NCBI GenBank assembly: GCA_039815375.1
Contig: JBCBZJ010000004.1
Location: 128,001 to 192,000 of the forward strand
Reading direction: 5' to 3'
Length of the DNA stretch: 64,000 nucleotides
Origin: Verrucomicrobiota bacterium
Lineage (GTDB): Bacteria; Verrucomicrobiota; Verrucomicrobiia; Opitutales; Coraliomargaritaceae
Part shown: in pieces, positions 35,832-44,010 of the stretch
How the letters are laid out: each line of letters opens with the position of its first letter
Position numbering within the stretch: the first letter of the stretch is position 1
Program-made: the position numbers and the translations under genes
The notes under the pieces: model-generated
The model's input: only the letters and a program-made list of their open reading frames with translations
What the model was told of the DNA's origin: nothing
The model's database searches: none

Positions 35832-38800
35832 ATGCAATCGATACGACTTTTTCTTTGCCTCATAATCGTCCCCATCGCAGCTCTAGCGAAAGACACCCAC
35901 GAAGCAATTCAGCACATCCAGACGCTGGGTGGAATCGAAGAATATGAGCTTAAATCAAATGGCCTGCGGGTTCTGCTCATGCCTAACGAAGGGCTACCCG
36001 TTGCGACTGTGATGGTGACTTACAAAGTTGGCTCGCGTAACGAGGTCCCCGGCACAACCGGTGCCACTCACATACTCGAGCACATGATGTTCAAAGGCAC
36101 CCCGAGCTACAACCAGGCTGATAGCACAGACTACTCCAGCACAATGGAGCGCATCGGCGCTCGCTCCAATGCCACCACCTGGTTCGACCGGACGAACTAC
36201 TATGCGACCATGCCCAGTGAGCACGTGCCCTTGACGATCGCACTGGAAGCCGACCGCATGCGCAACCTTCTCATTAATGAAGACGCCCTTGCCTCAGAAA
36301 TGACCGTCGTGCGAAACGAATACGAACGTGGCGAGAACAGTCCGGTGCGCACCCTCATCAAAGAGCTCTTCGCCTCCGCTTTCGTCGCTCATACTTACAG
36401 TCACCCGACAATCGGCTGGCGCTCTGATATAGAAAACACAACGACGGATAAACTTCGCGCCTTCTACGACACCTACTACTGGCCCGAGAATGCCGTGCTT
36501 ACCATCATCGGCGGCTTCGACCGCGAGGCCACGCTTGATGCCCTCGTCGAGCACTACGGCCCGATCGAGAGAGCTCCGCAAGCCATCCCTCAAGTCGAGA
36601 CTGTCGAGCCCGAACAAATCGGCCCGCGTCGCGTCACGATTGAGCGCGCCGGACAAGTCGGCGTGGTCATGACCGGTTACAAAGTGCCGGAAGCGACTCA
36701 TGAAGACTGGCCTGCACTGATTCTTATCGACCAAATCGTCGGAGCTGACAAAACTGGACGGCTCTACCGCGCACTGGAAGACAAGGGCAAGGCCAACGCC
36801 ACCTTTACCTTTGCCCCCGAACTGCACGATCCGGGCCTCTTTATTTTCGGCGCCTACCTCACACCCGACGCGACCCATGAAGAGGTTGAAGCCATTCTCA
36901 TCAGCGAAATCGAGACCCTCATCGGTGGCGGCGTAACCGACGACGAACTGCGCCGTGCAAAGTCCGTTATCGGTGCCAACACCATCTACGGCCGGGATGG
37001 GCCCTTCGCGATTGCCAGTCAGATCAATGAAGCCATCGCAATGGGCGACTGGACCAGCTATATTAACCGACTCCCCGAAATCGAAGCCGTCACTGCAGAA
37101 CAAGTCCAGGAAGTGGCCACCCGTTACTTCCTCAAGAACAAGAGCACAACCGGCTGGTTTGTTCCCCAACTGAAAAACACGCTCGCGCTCCGAAGCAGTG
37201 CCCCATTCGGGCCGAACTACTATCGTGATCCGGCCATCTACGGGCCCCAGCGCAACGAGCCCAAGGGAGACGACGAGGGCGTGCCCGCACTAGTTGATTT
37301 CGCTTCTAAAATGAAGCTGGAGACCGTTGCCGGCATCAACCTGATCACGATCGACATGCCGATCGAAGGAGTCGTCTCCTTTGTTGGCAGCTTCGCTGCG
37401 GGTGACACCCTGAGCCCGACAGACGCCCCCATGCTTGCCGGGCTCACCGCCGCCATGCTGGATAAGGGCACTGTCCAGAAAGACCGCTTTCAGCTCGCTG
37501 AAATCCTCGATACACTCGGAGCTGACATCGGTTTTAGCGCCGGTTCACACAGTCTCTCTTTCAGCGGCAAATTTCTTCGCCCTGATGCCGGCGCCGTTCT
37601 CGAGTTGCTGGCCGAGCAGCTCCGCGAACCAGCCTTCGACGAGCAGGTCTTCGAGACCGTTCGCAGCCGTCAGAAAGCCAACCTTCTTCAAGCCGTTGAT
37701 AATCCCGATTACCGTGCCGGCAGTCAGCTCGCCCGACTACTCTATCCGAAAGGACATCCCAACTACAGCGCTCCCCTGGAAAAACTGCTCGAAGATCTCG
37801 AGCTGACTAGCATCGAGGCCATTCGCGACTTTCACAGCAAACACTACGGCCCTGAATCCATGCTCCTTGTCTTCGCGGGCGACATCGATTTTGAGCAGCT
37901 TAAGGCCGCCGTTGCCAATGCCTTCGAAGGCTGGGCTGGTGGTGTGCCTTACCCGACTAAACATCCCGGTCAGATTACAAACGAGTCCAGCGAGGAACGC
38001 ATCCATATCGCCGACAAGACCAGCGTTGCCGTCCGCTACGGATTCAACACCGGCCTGCAACGCACCCAACCCGACTATCTTCCATTTATGCTCGGCAACT
38101 ACATTCTCGGCGGCAGCTTCCACTCCCGACTCATGACCGAAGTGAGAAAAAACAAAGGCCTTACCTACGACATACGCTCCTCCCACAGCGGCGACATTCT
38201 AACCCCCGGAAACTGGGGCCTTAGCGCCAGCTTCTCCCCCAGCCTGCTGAGCGACGGCCTTGAAGCCACCCAAGCAGTGGTCGGCAAGTGGTTTAACGAA
38301 GGCGTCCGCGGCGAGGAAGTCCGTGCTGCGATTGAAACTCTCAGCGGTTCCTACCTTGTAGGTCTCTCTACCACCGGAAGCGTCGCCGGCCAAGTCCACA
38401 GCTTCGTGCAGCGCGGCTTCGACGCCACTTACATCGACGAATATCCCCTCAAACTTCGCAGCCTGACAAAAGCAAAAGTCAATCGCGCCATTCAGGAACA
38501 CATCGATCCGGCAACCGCGCGCCTGGTCATCGCCGGTTCTCTTGGCCCCGCCAATGCCGCACCCGAGATCACCCCGCAAACACAGAGTGTTACCGTGCGC
38601 ATCGATGCGCCTAATGCCGGATGGAAGATCACGATCGATAAAATCTATCGCAGCACCGAAAGCATCATCGCCATTTCGCAGCTCACCCCCGCCGATGGGC
38701 CTGCCGCGCAAGTCATCACCACCGTCAGCGACAGCGCCAGCATCCCCGCAGATATCGACTTACCTGTACGTCACTACATACTTGGCAAAGCTTGGAATTG

Positions 38801-38888
38801 GGGCGATACCGGCGAATATAACTTCATCGAATCCATCGAAGACCTGGGAACCGCCCTCGACGGCACCGAACTTCTCTATTCGAGATAA
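35832..38888 (+). CDS. M16 family zinc peptidase (pitrilysin-like), exported, with C-terminal PrcB_C-like extension
   Basis: Signal peptide, HILEH (HxxEH), NATT, VVRNE, second inactive M16 half; start ATG 35832. Confidence 0.92.
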   Translation: MQSIRLFLCLIIVPIAALAKDTHEAIQHIQTLGGIEEYELKSNGLRVLLMPNEGLPVATVMVTYKVGSRNEVPGTTGATHILEHMMFKGTPSYNQADSTDYSSTMERIGARSNATTWFDRTNYYATMPSEHVPLTIALEADRMRNLLINEDALASEMTVVRNEYERGENSPVRTLIKELFASAFVAHTYSHPTIGWRSDIENTTTDKLRAFYDTYYWPENAVLTIIGGFDREATLDALVEHYGPIERAPQAIPQVETVEPEQIGPRRVTIERAGQVGVVMTGYKVPEATHEDWPALILIDQIVGADKTGRLYRALEDKGKANATFTFAPELHDPGLFIFGAYLTPDATHEEVEAILISEIETLIGGGVTDDELRRAKSVIGANTIYGRDGPFAIASQINEAIAMGDWTSYINRLPEIEAVTAEQVQEVATRYFLKNKSTTGWFVPQLKNTLALRSSAPFGPNYYRDPAIYGPQRNEPKGDDEGVPALVDFASKMKLETVAGINLITIDMPIEGVVSFVGSFAAGDTLSPTDAPMLAGLTAAMLDKGTVQKDRFQLAEILDTLGADIGFSAGSHSLSFSGKFLRPDAGAVLELLAEQLREPAFDEQVFETVRSRQKANLLQAVDNPDYRAGSQLARLLYPKGHPNYSAPLEKLLEDLELTSIEAIRDFHSKHYGPESMLLVFAGDIDFEQLKAAVANAFEGWAGGVPYPTKHPGQITNESSEERIHIADKTSVAVRYGFNTGLQRTQPDYLPFMLGNYILGGSFHSRLMTEVRKNKGLTYDIRSSHSGDILTPGNWGLSASFSPSLLSDGLEATQAVVGKWFNEGVRGEEVRAAIETLSGSYLVGLSTTGSVAGQVHSFVQRGFDATYIDEYPLKLRSLTKAKVNRAIQEHIDPATARLVIAGSLGPANAAPEITPQTQSVTVRIDAPNAGWKITIDKIYRSTESIIAISQLTPADGPAAQVITTVSDSASIPADIDLPVRHYILGKAWNWGDTGEYNFIESIEDLGTALDGTELLYSR

Positions 38889-38987
38889 CCACACACAACC
38901 TTTTAACTTCACTGCTCCGAGCATGTCTGCAATAAGCCAGCAGAACAATCGAAGGGGCACTTCTTGCTATCTTCTAACTTTCCTTCA

Positions 38988-39437
38988 ATGCCTAAGATCG
39001 ACGTCGAAACCCTAAAATTCATCCTTCAGCGCAACGAGCCTGACATCCGCAAAGTCACCGAAATCATGCAAGAGGTCGAAATGGAGCTCAAAGCCGAAGA
39101 AGAAGAACGTGCTAACCGTCCGCCCCCGGTTAAGAAACAATTTTCCATTGTCCTTGCCGACAACGAAGGCGTGCTTGAAGACAAGGACCTTACCGGATGG
39201 GTCGTCCAGATCCCCGAGGACGACAGCGTGACCGTAGCACCGGAGCGCATCATCCGCGCCGCCTATGAATACAACACCACACCCAAAGGCCGCCGCATGC
39301 CCGTGCAGACCATTGGCGAGGCCTGCGAAGCCGTGACCGCCAAACTTTTCAAAGAGCAAAATGTCTGGGTAAAGACCAAAGTCCCCGTTCTCGCAGTAGC
39401 GACCCACAACCAGATTCCCACCGAGACTGTCGAATAG
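38988..39437 (+). CDS. Conserved hypothetical protein
   Basis: Clean ORF with host-like codon usage; start ATG 38988. Confidence 0.75.
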   Translation: MPKIDVETLKFILQRNEPDIRKVTEIMQEVEMELKAEEEERANRPPPVKKQFSIVLADNEGVLEDKDLTGWVVQIPEDDSVTVAPERIIRAAYEYNTTPKGRRMPVQTIGEACEAVTAKLFKEQNVWVKTKVPVLAVATHNQIPTETVE

Positions 39438-39445
39438 CCCTCTCT

Positions 39446-39529
39446 GTGGTGCGCGAGCTTGTCTCGCGAATCTCTCTGCTGTAAGCCTCGGCAAGTTAAC
39501 AAAGAGCGCTCAAAAAGCGAGCACGCTAC
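39446..39529. repeat. Inverted pair of REP-like hairpins
   Basis: GTGG-tGCGCGAG-cttgt-CTCGCG on plus (39446-69) and GTAG-cGTGCTC-gctttt-GAGCGC on minus (39504-29). Confidence 0.45.
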
Positions 39530-39616
39530 GATGTGATCTGTTTATTGCCTTTGCCACCTCCCACGTGTCAACTTAGGCAGCAAGAAACGGGTGGCAGGCT
39601 GGTGTATGATTCTCGC

Positions 39617-40447
39617 ATGACTGATTATGAACGAATCGAAAGGGTGATCTGCCACGCCACAGAGCACTACCGGGAACAACCGAACCTGGAAGAACTTGCC
39701 GACGTTTCAGGACTGAGTGTTTCGAGGTTTCACCGGCTTTTCAATTCATGGGCTGGTGTGACTCCAAAACAATTTCTCAAGTTCTTAACCGCGGAAGACG
39801 CGAGAATCCGGCTGCGGACCTCGGCAAGTGTTCTGGATACTGCTCTCGATGTTGGCCTCTCAGGCCCAGGGCGCTTGCACGATCTTTTTGTCACGGTTGA
39901 TGGAGCGACTCCGGGCGAGCTCAAGAGTGGCGGCGCAAACTTGAGAATCGAATGGGGCTTTGCTGATACCTCCTTTGGCCAGTGCAGTTTAGGATGGACT
40001 CAGCGGGGAGTTTGTCACCTCGCGTTTTGGAATACCGGAGTGGTGGACTCAACGCCTCCCAATCTACTCAAGGATTGGCCTCATGCAGAAATCCGCCGGA
40101 GCGATGATCAGGCCGCGACTTTGTGCAAACGTATTTTCGTCGAACCGGGGATGCCGAATGAGCCACTGCAATTATGGGTTCGAGGCACGGCGTTTCAATT
40201 GAAGGTTTGGCAAGCGCTTCTTCGTATTCCGGAGGGGCGGCTCTGCTCCTACGGGCAAATTGCCAAAGCTATCGGTCATCCACGTGCCTCACGTGCAGTG
40301 GGAACCGCATGTGGCTCGAATCCTGTTGGCTATCTCATTCCATGCCATCGCGTTATCCGGGAGACGGGAATTGTGGATGGCTACCGATGGGGTAGTCCGC
40401 GCAAAAAAGCGATACTGGCGAAAGAGGCTGCGCTTTGTGCCAGATAA
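39617..40447 (+). CDS. AraC-HTH + methylated-DNA-[protein]-cysteine S-methyltransferase (Ada/Ogt-like, no N-terminal Zn domain)
   Basis: FHRLFNSWAGVTPKQF, GTAFQLKVW, RAVGTA, IPCHRV; start ATG 39617. Confidence 0.92.
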   Translation: MTDYERIERVICHATEHYREQPNLEELADVSGLSVSRFHRLFNSWAGVTPKQFLKFLTAEDARIRLRTSASVLDTALDVGLSGPGRLHDLFVTVDGATPGELKSGGANLRIEWGFADTSFGQCSLGWTQRGVCHLAFWNTGVVDSTPPNLLKDWPHAEIRRSDDQAATLCKRIFVEPGMPNEPLQLWVRGTAFQLKVWQALLRIPEGRLCSYGQIAKAIGHPRASRAVGTACGSNPVGYLIPCHRVIRETGIVDGYRWGSPRKKAILAKEAALCAR

Positions 40448-40632
40448 GGGCAATGACATCGGATCAGATACTTCGGTAATGGATCCAGATCCGTGCGCCT
40501 TTACAATACCCGCTCAAATGCCGAGGAAGCCGGGAGGCTCAACCCTGATGTTGACCGCTGACAGGCTAAATGTATTCTTTTTTGTTCAGGATTTTTTAGC
40601 GGTATCAGCTAATCATTACCCTAGATAAAGAA

Positions 40633-41394
40633 ATGAAACTTTCACCCAAAGAACTCACCGCAATGAAGAGCAATGAGCAGATTGCGATGCTCACCGCTTA
40701 TAATTGTCCAATTGCTCGATACATTGAGAAGGTCGGCGTTCCTGTCATTTTGGTTGGAGACACATTGGCGATGGTCGAAATGGGCCACGACAGCACTCGA
40801 CCGATCACCATCGAGAACATGGAGTATCACGTTGGGGCGGTTCGAAGAGGAGCACCGGATACTCATTTGATAGGAGACCTGCCTTACCTTACTTATGAAG
40901 AGAAAGGGGATGCTCTGAGGAATTCCATTCGTCTGCTTGAGGCAGGAGCGGACAGCGTAAAACTCGAGGGTGGGAAAATTGAAATTATCTCCCATCTTTG
41001 TGAAAATGGAATCGACGTAGTCGGACACACAGGTCTGACACCACAAACCGCCTCGAATTTCAGGAGAGTTGGCGGAAGCCGAGAAGAATACCTGAGGATA
41101 CTGGAGGAGGCGAAGCAGATCACAAAGGCCGGGGCATTCATGCTCGTGCTGGAGCACATCCCGGAAGCACTGGGGAAGGAAATCACCGATAGCATTTCTA
41201 TCCCTACCATAGGTATAGGAGCAGGAAGCGATTGCGACGGGCAAGTCCTGGTTACGAACGATGCTCTTGGCATTGGTGATTCATGGCCGCCTTTTTCAAA
41301 ACAGTATGCATACCTTGGAGAAGTGATCGTTGATGCGCTTTCCACATTCAAGGAAGAGGTCGAATCGAAATCTCAAATAGCGAAACAGAGCTAA
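40633..41394 (+). CDS. panB: 3-methyl-2-oxobutanoate hydroxymethyltransferase
   Basis: LTAY, LVGD, VKLEGG, GHTGLTPQ, LVLE, PTIGIGAG..CDGQVLV. Confidence 0.92.
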   Translation: MKLSPKELTAMKSNEQIAMLTAYNCPIARYIEKVGVPVILVGDTLAMVEMGHDSTRPITIENMEYHVGAVRRGAPDTHLIGDLPYLTYEEKGDALRNSIRLLEAGADSVKLEGGKIEIISHLCENGIDVVGHTGLTPQTASNFRRVGGSREEYLRILEEAKQITKAGAFMLVLEHIPEALGKEITDSISIPTIGIGAGSDCDGQVLVTNDALGIGDSWPPFSKQYAYLGEVIVDALSTFKEEVESKSQIAKQS

Positions 41395-41480
41395 TCCTTC
41401 AAGAAAGGTGAGGCCCCGGCTGCGCCTAGTCCTTTGCCCTCTTCAAATTGTGCGAAGATGCAACCTGTTCACGGAACAAA

Positions 41481-41624
41481 ATGGAAAAAGGAAAGAAATT
41501 AGCACTTTGGGGTGCATGGCTTCAGTTAGGACCAGTATTTGGTCTCCTCGGCACGGTGGTCAGCGAACAAGAACAAATATCAAGGCGAACAAGGCGCTGC
41601 ACTCAACGTCGATCCGCGCCGTGA
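41481..41624 (+). pseudogene. Truncated MotA/TolQ/ExbB-like cassette ORF
   Basis: MEKGKKLALWGAWLQLGPVFGLLGTVV matches the proton-channel motif, then runs out of homology into attC; preceded by GTTCACG at 41467. Confidence 0.5.
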
Positions 41625-41643
41625 GTGAGCTTGAACGTTGGCT
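41584..41643 (+). mobile_element. Integron attC site 1
   Basis: R'' GGCGAAC, 5-nt spacer, L'' GCT(G)CACTCA(A)C pairing with L' GTGAGTGAGC with extrahelical bases, R' GTTGGCT. Confidence 0.8.
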
Positions 41644-41649
41644 AAGGAA

Positions 41650-42501
41650 ATGAAATACAGATCAATCAGTATTTGCCTGTTTTTTTTAGTATCTATGTAT
41701 GTCTCAGTGGGCACTGAACCAAGAGAAATTAGTATCGCTAGCCCATATCCAGAAAGCACTCCATTTTACAACCTTATCATGATTGCGCATATGGAAAAGA
41801 ATCATGAGCGCATGAGAGAATTAGTAGTATGGAAGCTAGAAGAAAACCCTCAACACCCACTGGCTCTTATGGCAGGATACTACGTCGCACTAATCTCTGG
41901 TGACGGTAACAAATGCGAGCAGTATTCGACTCTCATTTTTTCTTTAGAATCGGAAGCTGGACTTAATGAGGACTACTCGCAGTTTATGGATCTGTTTAAG
42001 CTACACCAGCAGATTGAACCTGAAGAGTTCGCGTCAGCACTTGCCCAAGAAGAAAAACAGCCTTCGCAAGACACAAATCCTTACGCGGCGACTAATTGGC
42101 TCGGAAACATCGCCGTAGCCGTTTCATCCGAATTGGCTAGAAATGATCCGAACTACCAAGAGGAAATGACGAAAGTTGGAGAGTCGTGGATAGAGACTAG
42201 AACCAAGCACATTCTTGATAATTTAGACGACGATGAGCTGGTGTCGATCGCACGGCAATTGATCGAAGAAGAAAGAAAAGAAGGAGCAGTAGACATGAGG
42301 AATCTTCCGCATCCCTTTTCCGAGCTGTTTCCAATAGAAGTTGTCTGTGTTCAGTCTGAGGTTCGAGTGTTATTATGGAAGATGGTGAACGCGAGTGTAG
42401 GTCTCATCATAACGCTAGAAAAGAACACCGAAACTGTGAATGACTACTATCCCACTAAAAGGCTTTCAGAAAATCTACTATGGTTCCAAACGCAACCATG
42501 A
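41650..42501 (+). CDS. Hypothetical exported protein (gene cassette)
   Basis: ATG 13 bp after GTT, signal-like N-terminus, AT-rich, stop abuts the next attC. Confidence 0.75.
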   Translation: MKYRSISICLFFLVSMYVSVGTEPREISIASPYPESTPFYNLIMIAHMEKNHERMRELVVWKLEENPQHPLALMAGYYVALISGDGNKCEQYSTLIFSLESEAGLNEDYSQFMDLFKLHQQIEPEEFASALAQEEKQPSQDTNPYAATNWLGNIAVAVSSELARNDPNYQEEMTKVGESWIETRTKHILDNLDDDELVSIARQLIEEERKEGAVDMRNLPHPFSELFPIEVVCVQSEVRVLLWKMVNASVGLIITLEKNTETVNDYYPTKRLSENLLWFQTQP

Positions 42502-42561
42502 GGCAATCAGGCGGTCGTTGCAAAGTCGCTAGCGCGCCGTCGCCACACCTTACCGATGGAT
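42501..42561 (+). mobile_element. Degenerate attC site 2
   Basis: AGGCAAT-caggc-GGT(C)GTTGC...GCCAC-ACC-ttacc-GATGGAT; R'' is 5/7 complementary to the cassette start GTTGGCT. Confidence 0.6.
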
Positions 42562-42634
42562 GGTCGCTTCGCTCCTGTCCATCGTGCCCCGAGCTGGGCA
42601 AGCCCAAGCGAGTTTTCGTCCGGCGCGAAGCACC

Positions 42635-42731
42635 GTCCATCAAACCGCTTGGGTCAACGGCGTGATTGCACTTGCGCAAGCAAGCTTGCTCAAGTTCCAT
42701 CACTTGTGACCCAGCTCGGGGCGCATTCTGA
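42635..42731 (+). mobile_element. attC site 3 with ATC core
   Basis: GTCCATC-aaacc-GCT(T)GGGTCA(A)C pairs with GTGACCCAGC; long terminal hairpin GTGAT..ACTTG.GCAAGC/GCTTGC.CAAGT..ATCAC; right end ATTCTGA after a 9-nt spacer. Confidence 0.6.
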
Positions 42732-42744
42732 GAAGAGAATTCAC

Positions 42745-43212
42745 ATGAAACTGAAAAACATAAACCTATTCATAACAATAACTGCTCTAGTTCTCTTTGG
42801 ATCTGGCTGCGCCTCTGTCACGCGGGGCACTATGGACGCCCTCGAAGTAAATTCGGAACCTGCGGGCGCACATGTGGAGGTCGAAAGAAAAAAGAAGCCA
42901 CTGGCAAAAAAAGAACTTAAAGAAAATGTCCTAGCAGAGGAATCAGACGAATTCGGACCTTTAGTAGGTAAGACGCCTGCCGTCTTTACTCTTAAAAGAT
43001 CAGGTGACTACAAAGTCACCATCAGCAAAGAAGGCTACGAAACAGCGACAGTTGACGTCACACACAAGATCGCAGGAGCAGGCGCAGCAGGCATGGCAGG
43101 GAACGCACTAGTAGGTGGAGTCATAGGAGTAGCTGTAGATGCAAGCTCTGGAGCGACACTCGACCTAGTGCCGAACCCAATCAATATCACTCTAGAAAAA
43201 ATCGAAGAGTAA
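42745..43212 (+). CDS. PEGA-domain lipoprotein (gene cassette)
   Basis: Lipobox FGSGC, VNSEPAGA, GKTP, SKEGYE, glycine-zipper GVIGVAVDASSGA; start ATG 42745. Confidence 0.8.
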   Translation: MKLKNINLFITITALVLFGSGCASVTRGTMDALEVNSEPAGAHVEVERKKKPLAKKELKENVLAEESDEFGPLVGKTPAVFTLKRSGDYKVTISKEGYETATVDVTHKIAGAGAAGMAGNALVGGVIGVAVDASSGATLDLVPNPINITLEKIEE

Positions 43213-43216
43213 GAAG

Positions 43217-43324
43217 TCAGAACCAAGCGAGTTGATCAACGTCGAGCCAGCAATCAATTTCAGACGAGAGCGTCCACTTACCTCTTGAGCGATCGGGCGG
43301 CGTAGATCACTCTCTATGTAGTCG
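43217..43324 (+). mobile_element. attC site 4 (right end degenerate)
   Basis: TCAGAAC-caagc-GAG(T)TGATC pairs with GATCACTC; R'' is complementary to the cassette start TTCTGA; R' is GTA, or GTTCACC at 43335. Confidence 0.65.
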
Positions 43325-43354
43325 TACACTACGCGTTCACCGAGAGTCAAAAAG

Positions 43355-43891
43355 ATGGATGACACACTAGAGTCTTTGTATCAGCAAATCTCCGCATTTG
43401 ATTTTACTTACTGCGGGATGGCTCATGAAAGAATTCAACGAGTCAAAGAGGGATTGGAACCGATTCGAAACGCTTCAATAGATCATGGCTATCAGCGATC
43501 TGAATACTGCTGTAGCACGACTCGAGCACAACGATTGGGCTGCGCGCATACAACAGGGCGAATTAGGTTTTGCGAGTTCCTGGACGCCCTGCCACGACCA
43601 ATGTTTGATGAGGAACGGATCACGAAGTGGAAAGAAGAGCTGCAGAAACTGGATCTATTGATTGTCAAAGTGGACTGGCAAAAGAGCGATGCCGAATTAG
43701 ACCACGCCAGACAAAGCGACGCGCTCTGCCAAGGCACCCAAGAGAGTCCAGAGCGGAATGCGCAACTGGCAAACACAAGCCAGCTTATCCGAGAACTGAT
43801 TGATACCCACACAGACTACATCGAAAGGCTAAGGCAATTGAGGAACGAAGTCTTGGCAGAGATTCGGTTCGCCCAGGCACATAGGGTTTAA
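43355..43891 (+). CDS. Hypothetical protein (probable cassette gene)
   Basis: ORF starts 20 bp after GTTCACC; helical, Cys-containing N-terminal half. Confidence 0.55.
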   Translation: MDDTLESLYQQISAFDFTYCGMAHERIQRVKEGLEPIRNASIDHGYQRSEYCCSTTRAQRLGCAHTTGRIRFCEFLDALPRPMFDEERITKWKEELQKLDLLIVKVDWQKSDAELDHARQSDALCQGTQESPERNAQLANTSQLIRELIDTHTDYIERLRQLRNEVLAEIRFAQAHRV

Positions 43892-44010
43892 GAGGATTCG
43901 TTTCTGCCCCTGTTTGGCTTGGTGAGAACTAAAGGAACCAAGCAAAGAAAATAGTCCCACGTGCGCTAAAGTCGTTTCGAAGTCGGATTTTATCCAGGCT
44001 CTAAGAAATG

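Noticed and set aside
41395..41470. attI site or integron promoter upstream of the first cassette
   Set aside because: Only a GTT is visible; no integrase or diagnostic repeats support it
43892..44010. attC after the 43355-43891 ORF
   Set aside because: GAAC motifs are present, but I found no convincing L''/L' pairing
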